A stretch of 54,027 bases of DNA, from positions 1-54,027 of the forward strand of contig JAIBAN010000056.1 in assembly GCA_019695185.1 (NCBI GenBank), in the 5' to 3' direction. A program made the translations under genes and the position numbers. Below, piece by piece: positions 27,568 through 37,200 of the stretch. This stretch comes from Blastocatellia bacterium (lineage in GTDB: Bacteria > Acidobacteriota > Blastocatellia > Chloracidobacteriales > Chloracidobacteriaceae). The notes beneath the pieces are model-generated. The model ran no database searches. It worked only from the letters and a program-made list of their open reading frames with translations, and was not told the origin of the DNA. Position 1 is the first letter of the stretch. The number at the start of each line of letters is the position of its first letter.

Positions 27568-27601
27568 ACCCTGAACCCTGAACCCTGAACCCTGAACCCT
27601 C
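27568..27601. repeat. CCTGAAC x5 direct heptamer array in the 5' leader of the flotillin-like gene
   Basis: ccctgaaccctgaaccctgaaccctgaaccct lies immediately upstream of the AAGGAG RBS. Confidence 0.8.
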
Positions 27602-27616
27602 ATAAAGGAGTTTTCT

Positions 27617-29581
27617 ATGGAACCGGTCATCGGCGTTATTGTGCTGGTTGTGCTTGGCTTGGTGGTTCTTTCAATCATCAATCCGTTTTATCTGATTCGT
27701 GAATCTGAAGTCGGTCTGCTGGAAAAGAAAATCATCGGCGGCCAGTTGCCTGCCGGAAGGGTGCTGGCGACCGGTCAACAGGGATTGCAGGCCCGAACCC
27801 TGACGCCAGGGCTTCACTTTTTGCCAGCCCCGTTCTATCGGGTCACGCGGTTCCAGATTATCGAGGTTCCCCAGGGTCAAATCGCTCTGGTGACGGCGAT
27901 TGACGGGGCTCCGCTCCGGACCGGACAGATGTTTGCCGACAGCGTGCCTGACCATTTCAATTTTCAGGACGGCGAAGCCTTTCTGCGCAACGGCGGCCAA
28001 AAAGGGCCGCAGGTGGACCTCCTCACGCCGGGCCGGTATCGTATCAACACCCGCTTGTTTGACCTGCAACTGGCTCCGGTGGTGTCCATTCCGCAGGGCA
28101 AAGTCGGAATGGTGACCGCAGCCGACGGGGCTCCGCTGGCAACCGGGCAAATCCTGGGCAAACGGGTTCACGGCCATAAAAACTTCCAGGATTGTCAGGC
28201 GTTCTACCGCGCTGGCGGTCAAAAAGGCCCACAGGTGGATATCCTCACGCCAGGGCAGTATTACATCAATCCCCGGGTTTTCCAGATTGTCCTGGCGGAT
28301 GCCATCAGGGTCAGCATTGGCGAAATCGGATTGATTGAAGCCTATGACGGAGGCTACCTGCGCGATGAGCAAATCCTGGGTGACAGCGTGCCGGGCCACA
28401 ATGATTTTCAGGACGGACAGGCGTTTTTGGACAACGGCGGTCAGCGTGGTCCGCAATTGGATATTCTGAAACCGGGCGGATACTACATCAACACCATGCT
28501 CTTTGGCGTAACCGTGCAGGATGCCACCGTCATTAACATCGGCGAAGTGGGCGTGATGCGTTCCAACGTCGGAATTTTGCCCCCCGTCGGTGAAGATGGA
28601 CGGACGCCCGACCTGGTGGACGAAGGCTATCGGGGTGTGCTCAAAACGGTGCTGGAACCCAATACCTATTACCTCAATCCGACTGCCCATGTGGTCTTTC
28701 CGATTTCAACCCTGAACCTGACGATTGACTGGAGCACCACCAATCGGGAAACGCCCCTCGACTCGATTACCGTTAAAAGCCGGGATGGGTTCTCCTTCCC
28801 GGTGGATGTCAAAGTGGTGATTCGGGTACCGAAGGAAAAAGCCCCCATGGTGGTTTCGAAAATCGGTTCGATTCAAAACGCAATTGACCGCGTGATTCAC
28901 CCGGCCATTGGGGCGACGTTCCGGAACAACGCCGAAAAATGCGATGCGCTCGACTTTTTGAACAATCGTTCGCAGCAGCAGGCCAACGCCAAGGAAATCA
29001 CCATTACCATGTTGCGCGAATATGGCATCGAAACCGTGGATGTCCTGGTGGGGGATGTTGGCATTCCTGAGACACTGCTCAAAACCCAGACCGACCGCTT
29101 TTTGGCCAAGGAACGGGAAAAGACCTATAAAGAGCAGAAAATAGCCGAAGACACTCGCCGCGACCTCGACGCCGCCACGGCCCAGGCCGACCAGCAAAAG
29201 AACATTGTGGCCGCCCAGGCTGCGGTGGACATCGCCAAAGCCAAAGCCCAGTCGGTTGTGGTTACCGCCGAAGCCGAGGCCAAAGCCACAGTGGTTGGTG
29301 CCGAAGCCGAAGCCACCCAAATCAAGCTCCGCGCCGAAGCCAATAAAATCGCCTTTGAAATGCTCACCGAACAGGTGGGACGCGAAGGCGTCATGATGCT
29401 TGAAACCCTCAAACTCGTGAAGGAAGGGCAAATCAAGATTACACCGGATGTCTTTATCAACGGCGAAGGTTCGCCGCTTTCGGCTCTGGCCGCCACCATG
29501 CTCAACGGGCAGATACTCAAACCAATGTTACAACTTTCGGAAAAAGCTGGAGAAGGCTCAAAAACCTCCAGTCAAGGCTAA
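27617..29581 (+). CDS. Flotillin-like SPFH/band-7 protein with triple internal repeat insertion
   Basis: 654 aa. RBS AAGGAG. N-terminal membrane hairpin. Three ~83-aa tandem repeats (VTAxDGAPLxTGQ...NFQDxxAFxxxGGQKGPQVDxLTPGxYxIN). SPFH-like core. C-terminal Ala/Glu-rich flotillin-type repeats (AEAEAKATVVGAEAEATQIKLRAEA). Confidence 0.65.
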   Translation: MEPVIGVIVLVVLGLVVLSIINPFYLIRESEVGLLEKKIIGGQLPAGRVLATGQQGLQARTLTPGLHFLPAPFYRVTRFQIIEVPQGQIALVTAIDGAPLRTGQMFADSVPDHFNFQDGEAFLRNGGQKGPQVDLLTPGRYRINTRLFDLQLAPVVSIPQGKVGMVTAADGAPLATGQILGKRVHGHKNFQDCQAFYRAGGQKGPQVDILTPGQYYINPRVFQIVLADAIRVSIGEIGLIEAYDGGYLRDEQILGDSVPGHNDFQDGQAFLDNGGQRGPQLDILKPGGYYINTMLFGVTVQDATVINIGEVGVMRSNVGILPPVGEDGRTPDLVDEGYRGVLKTVLEPNTYYLNPTAHVVFPISTLNLTIDWSTTNRETPLDSITVKSRDGFSFPVDVKVVIRVPKEKAPMVVSKIGSIQNAIDRVIHPAIGATFRNNAEKCDALDFLNNRSQQQANAKEITITMLREYGIETVDVLVGDVGIPETLLKTQTDRFLAKEREKTYKEQKIAEDTRRDLDAATAQADQQKNIVAAQAAVDIAKAKAQSVVVTAEAEAKATVVGAEAEATQIKLRAEANKIAFEMLTEQVGREGVMMLETLKLVKEGQIKITPDVFINGEGSPLSALAATMLNGQILKPMLQLSEKAGEGSKTSSQG

Positions 29582-29678
29582 CCCCCAAACGACTACAGGC
29601 GCGAGGGGTTTACCGCTTGGAAACCCAGGGCCGGGAAATCCTTGCGCCTGCCGGTTGGACCTGATTCCGTACTGCTTT

Positions 29679-30296
29679 ATGTCACATCAAAAACCCCAGG
29701 TTTTGACTGGTTTGGCTCCATTTTCAACCAGCGGGTTCGCCCAACCACAGGCGGTTTCCAATCGAACGGGCCAATTCCCCTTTTTCATTTGGATGCCCTT
29801 GGGATTGGGAGCCTTGACCCTGTTGCTGCTGTTGGGCGGGTTGGTTTGTTCCCTCTGGTTTGACGCAACCAAGGGAAATCTTTGTTTGAAAGCCGGCTTT
29901 GCAGTCACGGTCATCCTGGGTCTGTTTTCCCATCTTGGTACCGGCAGCAGGCTTTCAGCCCGCTGCCCCGACCCGGTTTTTTTCTGTCGGCTTGAACAAT
30001 CTCTCAACCGATTGCTCAAGGTATTGGTGTTGGGCTGCGGGCTGGCATTGGCAACGCTGGTTTATTCCGGAAATGGAATTCCCAGTTCAACCGACCCGCA
30101 GGCATTGTTGGCCCAACGCTCCCAATATCTGCTCTGCCAACGTGGAAAGGAAACCGCAGTTCCCCGGCAACAGTTTGTCTTGAATGGAATCTGTGCCCAG
30201 GTGGTCTGGAATTCCGCCCTGCTGCTCGGAACTACCGCTTTCCTGCTGCGCCTGCTTGGTCACCGGAATCACCTTTCACAAAGCTCTGAAGACTGA
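29679..30296 (+). CDS. Hypothetical membrane protein
   Basis: Internal start chosen to avoid overlap with the flotillin gene. Hydrophobic helices present. No RBS. Weak. Confidence 0.3.
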   Translation: MSHQKPQVLTGLAPFSTSGFAQPQAVSNRTGQFPFFIWMPLGLGALTLLLLLGGLVCSLWFDATKGNLCLKAGFAVTVILGLFSHLGTGSRLSARCPDPVFFCRLEQSLNRLLKVLVLGCGLALATLVYSGNGIPSSTDPQALLAQRSQYLLCQRGKETAVPRQQFVLNGICAQVVWNSALLLGTTAFLLRLLGHRNHLSQSSED

Positions 30297-30322
30297 AAAG
30301 GTTCTTTCAAGGAGGAATGTCC

Positions 30323-31051
30323 ATGACGAGCCCTCACTTGACTATCCGCCATGAATCACCGCCAGAACGCTGCGAAATCTGCCATCAGGCGGACCAGTTT
30401 GACCCGCAGACCGGGGTGTGTCAGCGCTGTGCCCCGTTGCTTGACCGTTCTTTAGTTGCCAAAGCCCAAATCCCATCACTTCCGCAGCCCTTTCAATCAG
30501 TTCTGGAAAGTCACCTGACGATGGGTGAAGGGATTCTGTGGACCGGGCAGCCTGCCCGATGGCATGCAATCATTTTGACTTTTTTTGCTTCCCTGTTGTT
30601 TTTCCTCCCTTTGCTTTTGGTGGGAGGGTTTTTTTCTTCTCTGAGCAAAGGCTGGATTGGAATCAACCTGGTCCTGCATCCGGTTGTCCTGCTGCTTTGG
30701 TCTGGCATAGCCGTTTTGCTCATGTACCTGCAATGGAAAAAAAACTGCTCCACGTATTATGTGGTGACAGACCGAAAACTCGCGTATCTGGAAGGAAAAT
30801 CCATCACCAAAATCCGATTGGCAACTCCGACAGACCTCCACCACCTTGAATGCCTTGAGCGAAAGAGTGGTTCAGGCAGTTTGTATTGGAAGCATTATGG
30901 AGCCGATGGTGGAACCCAGGATGAACCGGCCTTTCGCGGGTTTGAAAATATTGAACGGGTTCATGAAGTAAAAATGCTGATTCAAAGGCAGTTGCTCCGA
31001 ACCACGCCGTTTCCCGGAGACTCCGCACATGCCCCCGAAGGTTTCAACTGA
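30323..31051 (+). CDS. Zinc-ribbon + 2TM + bPH(DUF304-like) membrane protein, paralog 1
   Basis: RBS AAGGAGG lies 7 nt upstream. ERCEICHQADQFDPQTGVCQRC (CxxC-x12-CxxC). Two TM helices. YYVVTDRKLAYLEG is a bacterial PH-like motif. Confidence 0.6.
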   Translation: MTSPHLTIRHESPPERCEICHQADQFDPQTGVCQRCAPLLDRSLVAKAQIPSLPQPFQSVLESHLTMGEGILWTGQPARWHAIILTFFASLLFFLPLLLVGGFFSSLSKGWIGINLVLHPVVLLLWSGIAVLLMYLQWKKNCSTYYVVTDRKLAYLEGKSITKIRLATPTDLHHLECLERKSGSGSLYWKHYGADGGTQDEPAFRGFENIERVHEVKMLIQRQLLRTTPFPGDSAHAPEGFN

Positions 31052-31772
31052 CAGAAAACTCCTGGTTCGGCACGAAGGACTTGCCCAAAGGTGTGAAATC
31101 TGCCACCAGATTGACCTTTTTGAACCCGTTTCCGGAATTTGTCGCCGCTGCCCCCCCAGCCGGATTCCACCGCCCCAGGTGCTTGACCCGCAAAGTCCGG
31201 CATTTTCACAGCGTGTCCGGCGAATTCTGGGCCATGAACTGATGCCGAATGAACGGGTTCTTTGGGTTGGAACTCCAAGTTGGTGGTATATCCCAAGTCA
31301 AACCATTGGCTCCTTTGTTGTTTCTACCTTGATTGTCGGGTTGATTGGCTTTGGTTGTATAGTGAACCATCTGGTTTGGCTGGGAATCCTGCTCTGGGCT
31401 CTGATTGGAGGCGCTTTTCTCGATGGGCTTAACCGTTGTCTCAACCGGCCCGTTTATCTGGTTTCAGACCGGCGGGTGTTGATAGTGACCCAAAGGTTGT
31501 TCCAAACCAACTCACTTTCGTATTTTGGCTCCCAGCTCCAGCGGGTGACCCATATCCGTCATTCCGGGCAACGAAGCAGCCTTATTTTTGACCATCACCC
31601 GATACAGCCCCAAGCCGAAATTAAGGCAAATGGGATTGGGTTCAAAAGCATTCCCCAGGCCGAAACGGTGGAACAATTGATTCGAACCTATGTCCTGCCC
31701 CCGACCAGCCCGCTTGGGTTCAAAGAAAGAAACGAAGATGCCAGCCAAATCAGACTTTCAGATTCGGAATGA
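31029..31772 (+). CDS. Zinc-ribbon + 2TM + bPH-like membrane protein, paralog 2
   Basis: AQRCEICHQIDLFEPVSGICRRC. TM helices. VYLVSDRRVLIV PH-like motif. Overlaps the ends of paralogs 1 and 3. Confidence 0.6.
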   Translation: MPPKVSTDRKLLVRHEGLAQRCEICHQIDLFEPVSGICRRCPPSRIPPPQVLDPQSPAFSQRVRRILGHELMPNERVLWVGTPSWWYIPSQTIGSFVVSTLIVGLIGFGCIVNHLVWLGILLWALIGGAFLDGLNRCLNRPVYLVSDRRVLIVTQRLFQTNSLSYFGSQLQRVTHIRHSGQRSSLIFDHHPIQPQAEIKANGIGFKSIPQAETVEQLIRTYVLPPTSPLGFKERNEDASQIRLSDSE

Positions 31773-32502
31773 AAAATTACCCGAACGCTGCGAAATCTGC
31801 CATCAGGCGGACCAATTTGACCCGCAGACCGGAGTGTGTTTGCGGTGTCAAAACCTGCCTCAGCCGCCAGTATCGGAAAACTTGCGGACTGCCATCAGGT
31901 TTCGATTTCTGCAAATCGGGATGCTCCTGTTCCTGGCTGGAAGTGTGGGATTGGGGTTGGTTGGACTTTTATTCCTGAGCCATAGCTGGATATGGTGTGG
32001 TATGGCAGGGTTTCTGGGAATCTGGGGAATGGGGTGGATCAGTTTGGACCAGTCATCCCGGAGGCAAAAGAAAAAAACGACCACCGAAAAAGCGCCGGAC
32101 TCAAGCCTTGAACCCACCCCAATCACCTTGGCGGTCGTGGTTCCCTGGGTTGCCACATACCGAAAACTCTATGAATCGGTTGCATTCTTTTTCATGGTCC
32201 TGGGAATGATTGGAATCCCGTTGGTATTGCTCTCAACGGCTTGGCAAAAAGGCTCCTATCCTACGAGTCAGGACACCACCGTGTTTGCCCCGCAGGAACA
32301 TTATTATTTCACCGACCATGGTAAGCAGATAGAAGTCACTCGCCTCAGGTATGTTCTGAATGGATTTCTCATTTTCGGTTCCTGGCACTGTTTCACCATG
32401 GCTTTTGCACTCATGATGATTCAGAAACTGGCGTATGAAAAACCTCTGGGGAAGCCGGAGGAGGGAAAGTCGGGAAATCCATATTCCAAGGCCAGCCCGT
32501 GA
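31738..32502 (+). CDS. Zinc-ribbon membrane protein, paralog 3 (divergent C-terminal part)
   Basis: PERCEICHQADQFDPQTGVCLRC is near-identical at DNA level to paralog 1. Four TM helices. Confidence 0.55.
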   Translation: MPAKSDFQIRNEKLPERCEICHQADQFDPQTGVCLRCQNLPQPPVSENLRTAIRFRFLQIGMLLFLAGSVGLGLVGLLFLSHSWIWCGMAGFLGIWGMGWISLDQSSRRQKKKTTTEKAPDSSLEPTPITLAVVVPWVATYRKLYESVAFFFMVLGMIGIPLVLLSTAWQKGSYPTSQDTTVFAPQEHYYFTDHGKQIEVTRLRYVLNGFLIFGSWHCFTMAFALMMIQKLAYEKPLGKPEEGKSGNPYSKASP

Positions 32503-32567
32503 CCAGGGCGGCTGGAAAATGACCCCATCCCTTTGTATCAAATCCAGGAACGGGGCCGGAAAAATAA

Positions 32568-33137
32568 TTAGCGGACGCGTTTGACAAATTCACCGGTGGT
32601 TGTGTCCACCAGAATCCGTTCACCGTTTTCGAGGTAGGTTGGAACTTTAATCACCGCGCCGGTGTTGAGGGTGGCGTTTTTGAGGGTTTTTCCGGTGGCC
32701 GTGTCGCCCCGTGAGCCAGGTTCGGTTTCCACCACGTCAAATTCCAGAAATTGCGGCAGTTCGACACCGACCACTTCCCCGTTGAAAACAATGGATTTAA
32801 GAATCGCATTTTCGGCCAGATAGGGCACGATGTCTTCCATTTTTTCGGTGGGGAGGGCGAACTGTTCGTATGTTTCCTGGTCCAAAAAGTGGTATTCCCC
32901 ACCGGATTCATACAAATACTGCGCTTCGCGCTGCTCAATGTCGGGTTCGTCAAACTTGTCGCCCGCCTTGAAGGTTTTTTCAAATACAGCACCGGAAATC
33001 ATGTGCCGGACCTTGGCTTTGACAAGCGTCGAAGCTCCCCGTGCCGACGGGGAGTGAACCGTAAAATCAGCGACGGCAAAAGGCTCGCCGTCAATTAAAA
33101 TCTGTGCGCCGCGCTTAAAATCAGCGGTCGTAAGCAT
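32568..33137 (-). CDS. efp: Elongation factor P
   Basis: Start at internal M (MLTTADFKRGAQILIDGEPFAV...). Full-length alignment to EF-P (...GDTATGKT...ATLNTGAVIKVP...). The beta3-beta4 loop HSPSARGAST carries Arg, not the canonical Lys. Confidence 0.9.
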   Translation of the reverse strand: MLTTADFKRGAQILIDGEPFAVADFTVHSPSARGASTLVKAKVRHMISGAVFEKTFKAGDKFDEPDIEQREAQYLYESGGEYHFLDQETYEQFALPTEKMEDIVPYLAENAILKSIVFNGEVVGVELPQFLEFDVVETEPGSRGDTATGKTLKNATLNTGAVIKVPTYLENGERILVDTTTGEFVKRVR

Positions 33138-33240
33138 AACGTATTCCTCTATTTTATAATTTAACCGGCTGTTGCCCCAAACTGCGACAACAGCCTTGTA
33201 TGTGTGGGCGCAAGTCAACCACAACTGAGCTGGACTCTCA

Positions 33241-33436
33241 AGGACTGAGGACAAATCCAGGACTGAGGACTGAGGACTGAGGTTAAAGTTGTTTGGGTGA
33301 TTTCCAAGACCATTCTCAGTCCTCAGTTCTCAGTCCTCAGTCCTCAGTTCTCAGTCCTCAGTCCTCAGTCCTCAGTCCTCAGTCCTCAGTCCTCAGTCCT
33401 CAGTCCTCAGTTCTCAGTCCTCAGTCCTCAGTCCTG
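33241..33436. repeat. Largest inverted heptamer array: (GGACTGA)x4 and (TCAGTCC/TCAGTTC)x~18
   Basis: Located between the ECF sigma stop and the efp start (both minus strand). Confidence 0.85.
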
Positions 33437-33440
33437 AACC

Positions 33441-34001
33441 TTATTTCTTTTCCAACTCCCGTTGGAGCCACGCCCGTGCCAGACTCCATTCGCGTTTGAT
33501 GGTTGGAGTTGAAACACCAACCACCTCGGCGGTTTCCTCAACGGTCAGTCCACCAAAATAGCGCAGTTCGACAATCCAGCTTTTCCGGGGGTCAAACGCC
33601 GCCAGAGCGGTCAGGGCTTCGTCGAGGGCGACAACCTCCGCCGGCTTCTCGACCGAAACCGGCAGGCAATCATCCAACGGTGAGAGCGGACCGCCGTCCC
33701 GCTTTTGCCGGACCTGACCACGGGCATGGTCTACCAGAATGTGACGCATCACCTGGGCTGCAATGCGAAAGAAATGTGCCCGGTCCTGCACGCCACCGCC
33801 CTCGTACTCAACCAACCGCAGATAGGCTTCGTGAACCAGTGCGGTGGGCTGCAAGGTATGGTCAGGGCGCTCCGCCTGGAGGTATCTTCCGGCCAGTCGC
33901 CGCAGTTCGTCATAAACCAGCGGCCAGATTTGATTCATGACATCCTGGTTGCCATTGCGAAACTCAACCAAAAGTTGCGTAATGCTTGGGGTGGTGGACA
34001 T
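33441..34001 (-). CDS. ECF sigma factor, STK-associated type (ECF43-like / TIGR02999-like)
   Basis: Start at MSTTPSITQLLVEFRNGNQDVMNQIWPLVYDELRRLAGRYL...HTLQPTALVHEAYLRL (region 2). ...LTVEETAEVVGVSTPTIKREW (region 4). The upstream extension of the track ORF only translates TTGAGAA heptamer repeats. Confidence 0.85.
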   Translation of the reverse strand: MSTTPSITQLLVEFRNGNQDVMNQIWPLVYDELRRLAGRYLQAERPDHTLQPTALVHEAYLRLVEYEGGGVQDRAHFFRIAAQVMRHILVDHARGQVRQKRDGGPLSPLDDCLPVSVEKPAEVVALDEALTALAAFDPRKSWIVELRYFGGLTVEETAEVVGVSTPTIKREWSLARAWLQRELEKK

Positions 34002-34009
34002 AGGGCAGC

Positions 34010-34170
34010 AGCAATTGAGAATTGAGAATTGAGAATTGAGAATGGGAATGAAGGGATTGGTATTCGTACCCGGATTCTTGCATTCACTCTCTGATTTCTG
34101 TTCCGGAACATCAACAGTGTTTTCTGTCTCAATTCTCAATTCTCAATTCTCAATTCGTAATTCTCAATTA
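34010..34170. repeat. TTGAGAA-family inverted heptamer arrays in the divergent sigma/STK intergenic region
   Basis: (AATTGAG)x4 ... ~85 nt ... (CTCAATT)x5. Confidence 0.85.
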
Positions 34171-34270
34171 TTTTTTTTCCGGATGATCCCGTTTTCAAAA
34201 AAAGGACGCTTCTCCCGTTCGAAAGGTCAAAAAAACCATATTTCAAACTCGAAATGAAAGAGGATTCCCC

Positions 34271-37200
34271 ATGACTCCCGAACGCTGGAAACAAGTCGAA
34301 GAATATTTTCAATTGGCGCTGGACGTGCCACCGTCCCTGCGTGAAAACCGTTTAGCCGAATTTTGTGAAAACGAGTCCATCCGGCGCGAAGTGATGGAAC
34401 TCTTCTCCTATCATGACCACGAAGCGGCGGTGGACGCCCCGATTCAACTGGCTTCGAAAATACCCACCGCCCTGGCCAATATGATTGGCCAGACCCTCGA
34501 CGGAAAATACAAAATTGAGCAACAGCTTGGAAAAGGTGGCATGGGCAGCGTCTATCGGGCGACACACCTTGGTACGGGCAGAACTGTGGCCGTCAAAGTT
34601 ATCACGCCCGAATTGACCCTGCATCCGGAATTTGTCGAACGCTTCAAACGCGAAGCCAAAGCCGCTGGCCGGCTCCGCCACCCGAACATTGTCAACGTCA
34701 CCGATTTCGGCATTGCTGAAAAGGAAGGGTTCCAGATGGCCTATCTGGTGATGGAATACCTGGACGGCTTTTCTTTGACCAAATATCTGAAAGACAACGG
34801 CAAACTCCCGGTGGAAAAGGTCTTTGAGATTTTGGAACAAATCTGCCCTGCCATTGACGCAGCCCATGAGCAAGGTGTCATTCACCGGGACCTCAAACCG
34901 GACAATATTTGGCTGGAACCCAATGGACGAGGCGGCCTGACGGTCAAAATTCTGGATTTCGGGTTGGCCAAATTCCGTGGAGCCGCCGGATTGCTGGAAG
35001 CCGACGAACTCCTTCCGGCAGGGCAGGACACAACGCCGGAAAGACTAAGAGAAATACTTGAAAACCGCCAGATTCCAGCTTGGACCCGCAGCCCACTTGA
35101 ATCCGGCAGTGAACGGTTGACCCAACTTCAGTCAGCGGGACAAACCCACCACGCCGGACTGACCCGCACCGGCGTCATGATGGGAACTCCGCTCTATATG
35201 TCGCCCGAACAATGCCGGGGCGGCCAGGTGGAAGCAGCCTCGGATATCTACGGCCTGGGCGTCATCACCTTCCAAATGCTGGCGGGAACCACGCCGTTTG
35301 CGGGAGAAACCCCCAAGGTGATTTCAGGGCATCTGTATGCCGAGCCTCCGGCCCTGGCCCCCCTTTGCCCGAAACTGTCGCGCCCGGTGGCAGCCATTGT
35401 CATGGAAGCCCTGGCGAAAAACCCGGTTCACCGTCCCTCCACCGCCGGTTCGTTTTTAACGGCAGCCCGCCTGCATCACGAGGGCGAGCACCATCTGGCG
35501 CGTGAAGCCCGGCACCTTTTTCGCACCTTTTTCCCGCAGTTGACTCGTGTTTCAGTCCAGAGTCAGGGACTGTGGGTTGCAGCAGCCTGTCTGACAGGGG
35601 CGGTGTTGCAGGCAGGAATCCCGTTTGACCTTCCGGGCGGTTGGCTGATTCAGGCTGCCTTGTGGGTTATCCCCTTTGTCTGCCTGTTGATTGGACTGGA
35701 AGCCAATGCCGGCACCCAGACCCTGTCGGTTGAGGCAATCCGGCGCAACCAACTGACCAACCAACCTTTTCCTGAAATTCAACTTAATCTGAAAACCACC
35801 CCTCAAACAATGGTTGGCAGTACCTTCAAAGGGCTCCTTTCCCCCTCCACCCTGCTGGCCACACCGGTAACCGCCTTTGAAAAAATCACTTTGCCCAATG
35901 CAGTCACCCGGTCCCGGCGTTTGCTGGCAAATTTGAACCCACTTGCTCTTCCGCTTTGGTTGCGCCAATTCACGCTTGCAGCCGGACAACTGGCACTCAC
36001 GGTCTTGTTATTGGGCACCACCCATCAGATTTTCCAGATTTTCGGCGAGAATCCGGCCAGCACCTTCATTGTCAAACTGGGAGTTGCGTTTTTGGGCTGC
36101 CTTGGACTGGGGGTTGTGTTTGGAACTCCACTGGCCTTGACTCGCGGCCTGCTCTATTTCCGGGCCCGTGAAGTGGCCGGAGAGCAGTTGGATGGCGGGT
36201 ACCATAAAGTGGTGGAGTTGCGACCACTCACCGGCAATTATGGGCAGCGGTTCCGCCTGCCTGCGCTGGTCGCCTCGACGTTGCTCATGGCCCTGGTCCT
36301 GCAAACCACGTATCTTCTGTATATTCCTCCGGTCGGCTTGCCGCCCCGGTTTGACAAACCGGTGGCCCGAACCGTTCCCACAGGGGAAAACGGCTGGGTT
36401 GAATATAACAAAGCGTTGAAAAAGGTAGGCAAAACCCCAAAGGACACATTGGATATTCCGGTTAATGTCACCAAGTACGCAAGTGGTGATGCACCCGAAT
36501 TGACCCAGGAAACCCAAGACTTCCTGGACTCTAATCAGGAAGCCATGCACCATCTGCTGGCTGGAGCCCGGTTTCCCCAACTCAGTATTCCCACGAATTG
36601 GAATGCGGCTGACTTTGAACCATTGGAACCAACCAAAAACATTTTGGCTTTTCGCAGTTTGAATCACATTGCCATGGCTAACTGCCGCCGTCTGGTCAAA
36701 GAGGGAAAAGGCAAAGAAGCCGCAGAACTGTTGATGGCCTCCTATCGGCTGGTCAGCGCAGTCAATCAAACTGATGAATCAGTATGGACAACCCTGATTG
36801 CGATTTCGGGCCGTGGGGCCGGACATACGACCTTGTTTTATTGGTATAGTCAAGGTGGGGCGGATGCAGCCACTGAAGCCACCGTGGTCAAAGGATTGGC
36901 AGCCTCAGTGACAAATGCCTCCACCCCCTATCAGGTTTTTCAGAAGGAATACCAGTTGGCAGGACAAAATTTGTACAAAAGGCTGATGGTGGATCCATTT
37001 TCAACGCATACCAGCCCGTATGGTGAGGAAAGACTTGAAAATATAGTGAAACTCTTTCCTGGCTTGCGTACCCGAACCTACCAAAGCTTTGTTGACACAA
37101 ACACATTCTTGCTAGAGTCCTTTCGACCCAACCTGGAAAACTGGGATTTATCGCATGGTGATTCAACCCAAAAAGAGATTTTTCGAAATTATCACTGGTG

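Noticed and set aside
27671-28690. 339-aa minus-strand ORF antisense to the flotillin-like gene
   Set aside because: Antisense to a gene with clear SPFH/flotillin features.
33241-33436. Possibility that the heptamer arrays are CRISPR arrays
   Set aside because: Units are 7 nt with no spacers and no cas genes nearby. They are simple tandem repeats.
33293-33499. 68-aa ORF translating SVLSPQSSVLSPQ...
   Set aside because: Pure translation of the TCAGTCC heptamer array. The same applies to 38576..38818 (DSQDSQD...) and to the N-terminal extension of the sigma ORF 34002..34139.
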